Source: Xanthobacteraceae bacterium (GTDB taxonomy: Bacteria; Pseudomonadota; Alphaproteobacteria; Rhizobiales; Xanthobacteraceae). Taken from it: a stretch of DNA of 64,000 nt. Below, in pieces: positions 56,650 through 64,000 of this stretch (position 1 is the stretch's first letter; the number at the start of each line of letters is the position of its first letter). The position numbers and the translations under genes are program-made. The notes beneath the pieces are model-generated. The model saw only the letters and a list, made by a program, of their open reading frames with translations, searched no databases and was not told the origin of the DNA. Location of the stretch: NCBI GenBank assembly GCA_049519075.1, contig JBEKRD010000009.1, positions 65-64,064 on the forward strand, in the 5' to 3' direction.

Positions 56650-57906
56650 ATGACTCTAGGGGAGCGCTCCGATCTCGTTCTTGCCTTCGCTCGCGCATTG
56701 TTTGTTAACGGCCAGTCGACCGACCAGACCTTGATCGCCGCCGAGCGACTGGGCAGCAGTCTCGGTCTGAACGTGAGGATCACGCCGCGCTGGGGCGAGT
56801 TGCGGCTCCAGGTCGAGGACGGCGATGGCAGACTGGTCTGGGGCGTGGCGGCCGATCCCACGGGCGTCAATATGGATCGCGTGGCCGCCGCGATGCGGGC
56901 GATCGATGAGATCGGCGCCGGTCGACTTGAGCCGACGGCCGCAGCGGCGGCGATCCATGCGATCTCGCAGGCACCGCCGGCGCCGACATGGCTGTTTACC
57001 GTTGCGGCGGCAGCGGGCGCAGTGGCACTGGCGGTGATCTTCGGCGTCCAACATCTGCCCGCAGCATTTCTCATATTTGTCAGCGCCGCGGCTGGTGCGA
57101 TCCTGCGCCGCACGGTCGCCTCCTACACCACAAATGTCTTCCTGCAGCCATTCTGCGCCGCGTTGCTTGCCGGCCTTATCGGTGCGCTCGCCGTTCGCTA
57201 TCAATGGAGCTCATCGCTCCGTCTCGTCGCGGTCTGCCCGTGCATGGTACTGGTGCCGGGACCGCATGTGCTCAACGGCGCGCTGGACGTCATCAGGGGC
57301 CGTATCGATCTTGGCGCTGCACGCCTGATCTATGCGGGACTCGTGATTGTAGCGATCTCGGTGGGGCTGCTGCTTGGACTGAGCCTTCTCGGCATCTCCT
57401 TGCCGGTCGACCTGGCCGGCAGGCCCGTGCCCTTGTGGCAGGATGTCATCGCCGCCGGCGTCGCCGTCGCCGCCTATGGAATATTCTTCTCGATGCCGTT
57501 GAAGATGCTGGCGTGGCCGGTGGCGGTCGGCATGCTGGCCCATGCGCTGCGCTGGGCGGCACTCACGGTGCTCGGCTTCGGCGTCGCGGCCGGCGCCCTT
57601 ATCGCTTGCGTCGTCGTCAGCTCAATCCTCACGCCAGTCGCGCGCCGTCACAAGATGCCGTTTGCAGCCATCGGCTTCGCCGCCGTGGTCTCGATGATAC
57701 CGGGCGTTTATATTTTCCGGGCGGCGAGCGGACTTTTGCAACTCGCTGACGGCTCGCAGACAACATTGGAGCTTCTTGGCGCGACAGTCGCCGACTGCCT
57801 GACGGCCACCAGGATCATCCTGGCGATGAGCTTCGGCCTCATCGTTCCGAAGCTGGCGATCGATCGTCTTGCCGAGGGGTCGGTGCCCGCGAAGTCCGTG
57901 GGCTAG
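56650..57906 (+). CDS. Threonine/serine exporter (ThrE) family membrane protein
   Basis: 418 aa. Soluble N-terminal part followed by about 10 hydrophobic segments, consistent with fused ThrE (DUF1212) and ThrE_2 (DUF3815) halves. Confidence 0.65.
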   Translation: MTLGERSDLVLAFARALFVNGQSTDQTLIAAERLGSSLGLNVRITPRWGELRLQVEDGDGRLVWGVAADPTGVNMDRVAAAMRAIDEIGAGRLEPTAAAAAIHAISQAPPAPTWLFTVAAAAGAVALAVIFGVQHLPAAFLIFVSAAAGAILRRTVASYTTNVFLQPFCAALLAGLIGALAVRYQWSSSLRLVAVCPCMVLVPGPHVLNGALDVIRGRIDLGAARLIYAGLVIVAISVGLLLGLSLLGISLPVDLAGRPVPLWQDVIAAGVAVAAYGIFFSMPLKMLAWPVAVGMLAHALRWAALTVLGFGVAAGALIACVVVSSILTPVARRHKMPFAAIGFAAVVSMIPGVYIFRAASGLLQLADGSQTTLELLGATVADCLTATRIILAMSFGLIVPKLAIDRLAEGSVPAKSVG

Positions 57907-57912
57907 CGCGCC

Positions 57913-58899
57913 TCATTCCGCCTTGATGTCCGCCCTGGCGATGATGCCGCGATATTTCTCGATCTCAGTGCGCACGAAGCCGGTGAATTGATCGATCGAC
58001 ATCGCCTGCACCAGTGCGCCATTGTCCTGCAGCCGCGATTTGATCGCGGGCTCGAGAATGATCTTGTTAATCGCGGTGTTGAGCTGCGTCGCAATAGCCA
58101 TCGGTATTTCGCGTGGCCCGAAGAATCCGGCCCACAGCGTGAAATCGAAATTCGGCAGGTCGGCGGCCTCGGCGACGGTCGGTACATCGGGCGCGCTCGG
58201 CGAGCGTTTGGCCGACGTCACCGCGAGCAGCTTCACCTTGCCGCCCTGCGTCAGCGGCACCGCGGCCGGAAAGCCCGGGAAATAAAAATCGACTTGGCCG
58301 CCGGCGACGTCGTTCATGGCAGGACCTGCGCCTTTGTACGGCACGTGGATCAGCTTGTCGTCGAGCGTCAGTTTCAGGAGCTCGCCGGCGATGTGACCCG
58401 GCGTGCCGACGCCGGCGGAGGCGAAGGTGAGCGGCTGGCGGGCGCGCAGCGCCGCCGCCCATTGCGCCACGGTCGAAAACGGCGAATTCGCCGGCACCAC
58501 GAGCCCAAGCGGCACTACGCCGGCGAGTGCGATCGGCTGCAGGTCGCGCAACGGATCGTAACCGACGTCTTTCATGAAATAGGGATTGACGGCGATTTCG
58601 GGTGTCTGTCCGACATCGAGCATGGCGCCATCGGGCACGGCCAGGGCCACATCATGCGCGGCCAGCGTGCCGCCGGCACCGGCGCGATTTTCCACGATCA
58701 CCGATTGGCCGAGCTCGATGCCGAGCTGGTTGGCGATGATGCGGCCGAGAATGTCACCGGTGCCGCCGGGGGCAAAACCCACGAGCAGATGGATCGGCCG
58801 GCTCGGAAAGCTTTGCGGCCAGGCCGGCAACGCGACCAGTCCCAGTCCTAAGACCAGCGCCGCGGCGGCGCCGGCGCGGCCTTCCGCAATCAGCTTCAT
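57913..58899 (-). CDS. Bug-family (TctC-like) substrate-binding protein
   Basis: Signal peptide, then FPSRPIHLLVGFAPGGTGDILGRIIAN. ATG 58899 follows GGGGGAG. Confidence 0.85.
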   Translation of the reverse strand: MKLIAEGRAGAAAALVLGLGLVALPAWPQSFPSRPIHLLVGFAPGGTGDILGRIIANQLGIELGQSVIVENRAGAGGTLAAHDVALAVPDGAMLDVGQTPEIAVNPYFMKDVGYDPLRDLQPIALAGVVPLGLVVPANSPFSTVAQWAAALRARQPLTFASAGVGTPGHIAGELLKLTLDDKLIHVPYKGAGPAMNDVAGGQVDFYFPGFPAAVPLTQGGKVKLLAVTSAKRSPSAPDVPTVAEAADLPNFDFTLWAGFFGPREIPMAIATQLNTAINKIILEPAIKSRLQDNGALVQAMSIDQFTGFVRTEIEKYRGIIARADIKAE

Positions 58900-59067
58900 G
58901 ATGACGCTCCCCCGTGTTTCCGGCTGGCTGCGGCGAATGCCTTCTGGCACAAAGCGGGCGCGCCGACGGAAGCGCGGATGTTAGAGCATGAACCTCAAGC
59001 GCGGATACGGTCTTTCGCAAGCGACCGGCGCTGGGGAATGGTCGGGAATGGACGCCGGGAAACGCCG

Positions 59068-59856
59068 ATGCCGCATATCGAGGCGCGGGATATCACGCTG
59101 ATCTACGACACACCCGGCCGCACCGTGCCCGGCGTTCGCGGCGTCAGCTTCGGCATGGAGGCGTCGGAATTCCTCTGCATCGTCGGGCCGAGCGGCTGCG
59201 GCAAGTCGACGCTGCTCAACATCATCGCCGGGTTTCTTACGCCGACGGCCGGCGAAATCCGCATCGGCGGCGCGCCGGTCACCGGCTATGGCATGGACCG
59301 CGGCGTCGTGTTCCAGGATTTCGCCCAATTGTTTCCCTGGCGCACCGCGCTGGGCAATGTGGCGTTCGGGCTGGAAATGAAGGGCGTGCCGAAAGCGGAG
59401 CGCGAAGCCATCGCGCTCGAACAGCTGCGTCTGGTGAAGCTTGAAAATTTTGCGCGGTCTTATCCGCATCATCTGTCCGGCGGCATGCAGCAGCGGGTCG
59501 CGATTGCGCGGGCGCTCGCCTACAATCCGGCGGTGCTGTTGATGGACGAGCCGTTCGCGGCACTCGACGCCTTGACCCGCGACGACATGCAGCAGCTCCT
59601 TGCCGAAGTCTGGCGCGCGACGAGAAAGACGGTGATCTACGTGACCCACAACGTCGCCGAGGCGGTTTATCTCGCCGACCGCGTGGTGGTGATGACGCCG
59701 CATCCCGGAACCGTGAAGACCGAAGTGCCGATCGGCCTGCCGCGTCCGCGCGATCCGCTCAGTGTGGAATTTCTCGCCCTGCAGAAAGAGTTGCTGCGCC
59801 TGCTCGGTCACGAGAAGGCACATGACGCAGGCGAGACGATCGCGACCAAGGCTTAG
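59068..59856 (+). CDS. ABC transporter ATP-binding protein, NitT/TauT (SsuB/TauB-like) family
   Basis: Walker A GPSGCGKSTLL, signature LSGGMQQRVAIARAL, Walker B VLLMDEPF; 262 aa from ATG 59068. Confidence 0.85.
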   Translation: MPHIEARDITLIYDTPGRTVPGVRGVSFGMEASEFLCIVGPSGCGKSTLLNIIAGFLTPTAGEIRIGGAPVTGYGMDRGVVFQDFAQLFPWRTALGNVAFGLEMKGVPKAEREAIALEQLRLVKLENFARSYPHHLSGGMQQRVAIARALAYNPAVLLMDEPFAALDALTRDDMQQLLAEVWRATRKTVIYVTHNVAEAVYLADRVVVMTPHPGTVKTEVPIGLPRPRDPLSVEFLALQKELLRLLGHEKAHDAGETIATKA

Positions 59857-59885
59857 AAGATGAACGAAAGCCCGGAGGAATGACC

Positions 59886-60875
59886 ATGGCACGGCAATCG
59901 ATGTTCGATCGGCGGCAATGCCTCGCCGCGGCCGGCGCCGGCGCGCTCGCTTTCGCCGCGACACGCCGGGCGGCGGCCGCCGAAACCATCCGGCAGGGTT
60001 ATCAGACCAACATCTGGGGCATGCCGACTTATTACCTGATGAAATCCGGCTATTTGGAAAAGCACGGACTTGCCGCCGAAGATTATCCGGTTCCCTCCGG
60101 CAATCTCACCATGCAGCAGATGGTGGCGCGGCAGGTCGATCTCGGCACCTATGCCGGCCAATCCTTCATCATCGGCAATGCCAAGGGCGGACTGGTCGCG
60201 ATCGCATTGATCGAACATGTCGGCAAGACCGCGCGCATCGTCACCCGCAAGGATCTCAACATCACCAAGGTGGAGGATCTGCGCGGCCGCAAGATCGCCA
60301 ACCAGACCGGATCGTCGATCGGCAATGTCTTTGTCGATACCATCATGCCGCAGCATGGGCTGCACAAGGGCGACTACCAGGAAGTCCGCATGGACGTAAA
60401 CAATATGGTGGCGGCGCTTGCCGCCAAGACGGTCGACGCCATGGTCAATGTCGAGCCTTACAACGTGATCGCCGTCGACGAAGGGATCGGCGAGGACCTG
60501 ATGGATTTTTCCAGCGTCGATCCGATGCCGGTGTTCATGGCGGCGACGCCGGATTTCATCGCGCAGAAACCCGATACGGTCGTCGCTTATCTTAAGGCCT
60601 GGCTCGACGTTGCCGACGACTTTAAAAACAATCCGAAAAAGGTCGCCGACGTCATCTACACCTTCTACACCGACAAGGGTTACAGCCTGTCGCTCGCCAC
60701 CTTTCAGAAAGCGCTGGCGCGCGTCGAGGTCGAGCCCGGCTTCCCCGGCGACCTGCAACCCTATATGCAGCAACAAGCGGAAATTTTGCTGCAGAGTAAG
60801 TTGATCAATGCCGTTCCGGACTGGAGCAAAGCGCTGCGTCCGGATTTCATGGAACGCGCGCGGGGCAAAGTCTAG
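59886..60875 (+). CDS. ABC transporter substrate-binding protein, NMT1/SsuA-like (NitT/TauT family)
   Basis: Signal with an RR motif (FDRRQCLAAAGAGALAFA). GGAGG lies 7 nt before ATG 59886; the track start at 59880 is in frame. Family call rests on size, N-terminal core sequence and ABC-operon context. Confidence 0.7.
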   Translation: MARQSMFDRRQCLAAAGAGALAFAATRRAAAAETIRQGYQTNIWGMPTYYLMKSGYLEKHGLAAEDYPVPSGNLTMQQMVARQVDLGTYAGQSFIIGNAKGGLVAIALIEHVGKTARIVTRKDLNITKVEDLRGRKIANQTGSSIGNVFVDTIMPQHGLHKGDYQEVRMDVNNMVAALAAKTVDAMVNVEPYNVIAVDEGIGEDLMDFSSVDPMPVFMAATPDFIAQKPDTVVAYLKAWLDVADDFKNNPKKVADVIYTFYTDKGYSLSLATFQKALARVEVEPGFPGDLQPYMQQQAEILLQSKLINAVPDWSKALRPDFMERARGKV

Positions 60876-60917
60876 CGCCAACGTCAAGTTTTTAAATATC
60901 CAACAGGAGACTATGGA

Positions 60918-62159
60918 ATGGCCGTCAGCGACAACAGCCCGCTCACCAAGGGCTATCAACCCGTCACCTGGAATTTCAAGCTGTTGGCGCACGACATGCT
61001 GTCAGGCTTCGGCGGCATGGGCGAGGGCATGTCGGTGCAGATCGCGCCCGACGGCCGCCGCATCATCTGGCTGGCGCATGAGAGCGCGCCGAAAAATTTC
61101 ACCGCGGTCGACGTGTCCGATCCGCGCAAGCCCAAAGTGGTATGTCAGACCGATCTGCCGCACGCCAATATGCGCTCGAATTCGCTGGAGACCTGCGGCA
61201 ACATGATGGCGGTGGCCTATCAGACGTCGAAGAAGGATCTACAGCCGGCCGGCTTCGAGCTGTTCGATATTTCCAAGCCCGAAAATCCGAAATCGATCGG
61301 CTTCTTCGATTGCTCCGGGCCGCATTCGCGCGGCGTGCACCAGTTGTGGTTCTGCGACGGCGAATATGTCCATTGCGCTTCGGGCTCGCGCGATTTCGTG
61401 CCGACCAATGCGCTCGACGACCAGTTCTATCGCTGCGTCGACGTGCGCAATCCGTCAAAGCCGGTCGAGGTCGGGCGCTGGTGGATGCCCGGCACCCGCC
61501 AGGGCGACAACGTCATGCCGCCGTCGCGCCATAAGATCGACAAGGGTTTTCGCGCCCACAATACCAATGTCTATCCGCAACGGCCGGACCGCTGCTATCT
61601 CGCATACATCGACGGCGGCATGTTCGTGCTCGACATTTCCGACAAGGCCAATCCGAAAAAAGTCTCGCAGTGGACCAATTCGCCGCCTTACACCGGATTC
61701 ATGCATACGATAGTGCCGCTGTTCGATCGCGGTCTGATGCTGGTGACCGACGAATCGACGGAGGACAACGCCAAGGATTGGCCAAAGCTGATCTGGGTGC
61801 TCGACGCGCGCGAAGAGAGCAATCTGGTGCCGATCTCGACCTGCCCGCTGCCCGATCCCACCGTCTATGCCGAAGCCGGCCGCTTCGGCGCCCACAATAT
61901 TCACGAGAACGTGCCGCTGCCGACGGCCTGGCATTCCGACCAGATCGTGCTCGGCACTTTCTTCAACGGCGGCTTGCGCGCTTACGATATCGCCAATCCG
62001 TATCAGCCGAAGGAAATCGGCATCTTCATGCCGCCGGCGCCCCCCGGCGCGCCGACCGGCACCATTCAGATGAACGACGTCTTCGTCGACGAGCGCGGCA
62101 TCGTCTACACCGTCGACCGCCATGTCGGCGGGCTGTACATTCTGGAGATGGATTTCTGA
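60918..62159 (+). CDS. LVIVD-repeat beta-propeller protein without a signal peptide
   Basis: 413 aa. AGGAGA lies 7 nt upstream. Repeats AVDVSDPRKPKVV, LFDISKPENPKSI, CVDVRNPSKPVEV, VLDISDKANPKKV and AYDIANPYQPKEI. The N-terminus MAVSDNSPLTKGYQP is not hydrophobic. Confidence 0.65.
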   Translation: MAVSDNSPLTKGYQPVTWNFKLLAHDMLSGFGGMGEGMSVQIAPDGRRIIWLAHESAPKNFTAVDVSDPRKPKVVCQTDLPHANMRSNSLETCGNMMAVAYQTSKKDLQPAGFELFDISKPENPKSIGFFDCSGPHSRGVHQLWFCDGEYVHCASGSRDFVPTNALDDQFYRCVDVRNPSKPVEVGRWWMPGTRQGDNVMPPSRHKIDKGFRAHNTNVYPQRPDRCYLAYIDGGMFVLDISDKANPKKVSQWTNSPPYTGFMHTIVPLFDRGLMLVTDESTEDNAKDWPKLIWVLDAREESNLVPISTCPLPDPTVYAEAGRFGAHNIHENVPLPTAWHSDQIVLGTFFNGGLRAYDIANPYQPKEIGIFMPPAPPGAPTGTIQMNDVFVDERGIVYTVDRHVGGLYILEMDF

Positions 62160-62295
62160 CAATACGAGCGTCATGCCCGGCCATAGCCGTTCGAAGAACG
62201 GCGTCGCTTCGCTCGCCTATGTGCCGGGCATCTCGACCGATGGGCACAGTGCGTGGCTAAACGAGATGGCCGGGACAAGCCCGGCCATGACGTGA
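62160..62295. repeat. Nested-palindrome REP-like intergenic element
   Basis: ATGCCCGGC (62173-62181) pairs with GCCGGGCAT (62223-62231). Inner hairpin GCCGTTC-N3-GAACGGC (62186-62202). Separate hairpin ATGGCCGGG-acaag-CCCGGCCAT (62266-62288). Confidence 0.6.
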
Positions 62296-63330
62296 GTGAG
62301 TGCGGCAACAATGCTCGATCTCTTTCCTTCGCGTGAGGCGAGCCCGTTCGGGCGCAGGGTCAAGCGCGAGCGCGGCGCGCGCATTCCGGTGACTGTCGTT
62401 ACCGGATTTCTCGGCGCCGGCAAGACCACGCTCATCGGCCACTTTCTGAAGTCGCCGGAAGGCGCCGGCACCGCGGTGATCGTCAACGAGTTCGGCTCAG
62501 TCGGCATCGACGACGTGCTGTTGCGCGAGGCCGCCGAAGAAACCGTACTCCTTGGCAATGGCTGCATCTGCTGCATCACCCGCACCGATCTGCAGATCGC
62601 GCTGCGGCGCCTGGTGTTCGACCGCGAGCGCGGCACGGTGCCGCGTTTCGGCCGTATCGTCATCGAGACCTCGGGGCTGGCCGATCCGGCGCCGATCCTG
62701 CAAACTTTTTCCACCGACCGCGCGCTCGGCGGCGAATTCCACATCGATGTCGTGCTTGCGGTGGTCGACGCGGTCAATGGCGAAGCCGAGCTCGACAGCG
62801 CCGCCGAGGCGCGCAAACAGGTGATCCTCGCCGACCGGCTGGTGATCGCCAAGACCGATCTTGCGACGCCAGCCGCCGTCGAGCGGCTGACGCAGCGTTT
62901 GCAGCATCTCAACCCGCGCGCCGCGATCGATATCGCGGTTGCCGGCGATCTCGACCCCAACCGCATCATCGAGCCGGCGACCGGCGAGCGCTCAGGCTTC
63001 CTCGCCGAAGCCGAGCACGGCGACGGCATCGCAAGCTTCGTCATCGTGCGGGAAGAGCCGCTCCAATGGCAATGTTTTTCCCGCGCCATGGAGACGCTGC
63101 TGGCGCTGCGCGGCGCCGACCTATTGCGGGTCAAGGGGCTTCTCAATGTCGCGGGCTGCCGCGGGCCGGTCGTGGTGCAATATGTCCAGCATCTGGCGCA
63201 TCCGCCGGTCGAGCTGCAGGCTTGGCCGGACGCGGATCACACCAGCCGCATAGTCTTCATCACCCGCAACATTGCCGAGCGCGATGTGAGAAATCTGTTC
63301 GCCGCCGTCGCGGCGCTGGCCAAAACTTAG
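62296..63330 (+). CDS. COG0523-family (CobW/HypB/UreG superfamily, G3E) metallochaperone GTPase
   Basis: Walker [11 protein letters not shown], metal-binding GCICC, and ETSGLADP, with a CobW C-terminal domain. The track start at 62296 is GTG; the ATG at 62311 is an alternative. Confidence 0.8.
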   Translation: MSAATMLDLFPSREASPFGRRVKRERGARIPVTVVTGFLGAGKTTLIGHFLKSPEGAGTAVIVNEFGSVGIDDVLLREAAEETVLLGNGCICCITRTDLQIALRRLVFDRERGTVPRFGRIVIETSGLADPAPILQTFSTDRALGGEFHIDVVLAVVDAVNGEAELDSAAEARKQVILADRLVIAKTDLATPAAVERLTQRLQHLNPRAAIDIAVAGDLDPNRIIEPATGERSGFLAEAEHGDGIASFVIVREEPLQWQCFSRAMETLLALRGADLLRVKGLLNVAGCRGPVVVQYVQHLAHPPVELQAWPDADHTSRIVFITRNIAERDVRNLFAAVAALAKT

Positions 63331-63388
63331 AGCTTGGGGCAAACTTCGGCATAAATCGGTTTCAAGAATAATACGAGGGAGGTCATCC

Positions 63389-64000
63389 ATGCTGTTCCAC
63401 ACTTGCGCCGCCTGTGCGCCGTCGCGCGCGTCGCGCCGGCAATTCCTCGCCGGCCTCGGCGCTGCCGGGGCCGCGGCGATGCTGTCCGCCCCCGCGGTGC
63501 ATGCGCAGGCCGCCAAGACCGAGACCGCCAAGACCTTGATCAACAAGACCCTGATCGATACCCATCATCATTTTTATCCGCCGTCCTATCTGGCGCAGGA
63601 GAAGGAATGGGAGGGCGCGCGTAAGGTGCCGCCCTATCCCGGCGTGTTCGATTGGACGCCGGCCCGCGATATCGAAATGATGGACAAGAACGGCATCCGC
63701 GTTGCGGTGGTGTCGCTCGCCTCGACGCCCGGGCTGTGGTTCGATGCCGGCGCCGACAACGCCGCCAAGACCGCCCGCGTCTGCCAGGATTTTGCCGCCG
63801 AAATGCGCCGCGATTATCCGGACCGCTACGGCGTATTCCCGCCGCTGTCGATGATGGACATCGACGTGACGCTCAAAGAGATCGAATATGTTTACGATAC
63901 GCTGAAGACCGACGGCATCAATCTGCAGACCAACTACGGCGACAAGTGGCTGGGCGATGCCGTCTACAAGCCGGTGCTGGAGGAATTAAACCACCGCAAA
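63389..64000 (+). CDS. Amidohydrolase_2 (ACMSD-type metal-dependent hydrolase/decarboxylase) with a twin-arginine signal; 3' end cut by the window
   Basis: My own translation from ATG 63389, after GAGGGAGG: [39 protein letters not shown]...[14 protein letters not shown]... The frame stays open to 64000. Absent from the track because it is incomplete. Confidence 0.7.
   Translation, partial: MLFHTCAACAPSRASRRQFLAGLGAAGAAAMLSAPAVHAQAAKTETAKTLINKTLIDTHHHFYPPSYLAQEKEWEGARKVPPYPGVFDWTPARDIEMMDKNGIRVAVVSLASTPGLWFDAGADNAAKTARVCQDFAAEMRRDYPDRYGVFPPLSMMDIDVTLKEIEYVYDTLKTDGINLQTNYGDKWLGDAVYKPVLEELNHRK

Noticed and set aside
55047-57113. 688-aa ORF on the minus strand
   Set aside because: Antisense to fumC and the ThrE-like gene, both of which carry strong family signatures; a shadow ORF.

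Overview
Visibly GC-rich, densely coding chromosomal segment. It looks like a Hyphomicrobiales alphaproteobacterium of the Nitrobacteraceae/Bradyrhizobiaceae type. This is an inference from the lysC-ptsP-prfA-prmC-DUF4167 and map-radC synteny, many Bug/TctC binding proteins, and characteristic palindromic intergenic elements. I support about 60 protein-coding genes. I found no rRNA, tRNA, CRISPR array, transposase, integrase or phage gene. Core genes: lepA, map, radC, prfA, prmC, ptsP, lysC, mepA, modABC, mqo, fumC. Accessory metabolism: (1) a pentonate-dehydratase operon with unusual partners at 15.6-20.8 kb; (2) an acetoin-dehydrogenase-like E1alpha/E1beta/E2 operon at 25.7-32.1 kb, interrupted by an aldehyde dehydrogenase and a lipocalin-like gene and lacking E3; (3) a Liv-type ABC half-system convergent with pobA; (4) a locus at 50.5-64 kb where one NitT/TauT-type ABC importer seems split into two halves around tandem cupins, mqo, fumC and a ThrE-like exporter. 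That locus ends with a signal-less LVIVD-repeat beta-propeller, a COG0523 GTPase and a Tat-signal amidohydrolase cut by the window end. A DUF3018/MazF-type toxin-antitoxin pair sits just after lepA. The 50.5-64 kb locus is my best candidate for an undescribed system, but every functional link there is inference. Many long ORFs in the track are antisense or out-of-frame shadows typical of GC-rich DNA, and I did not call them. The track translates GTG/TTG starts as M, so I moved several starts to an in-frame ATG with a Shine-Dalgarno sequence. Non-coding coordinates were hand-indexed against track ORFs and could be off by 1-2 nt.
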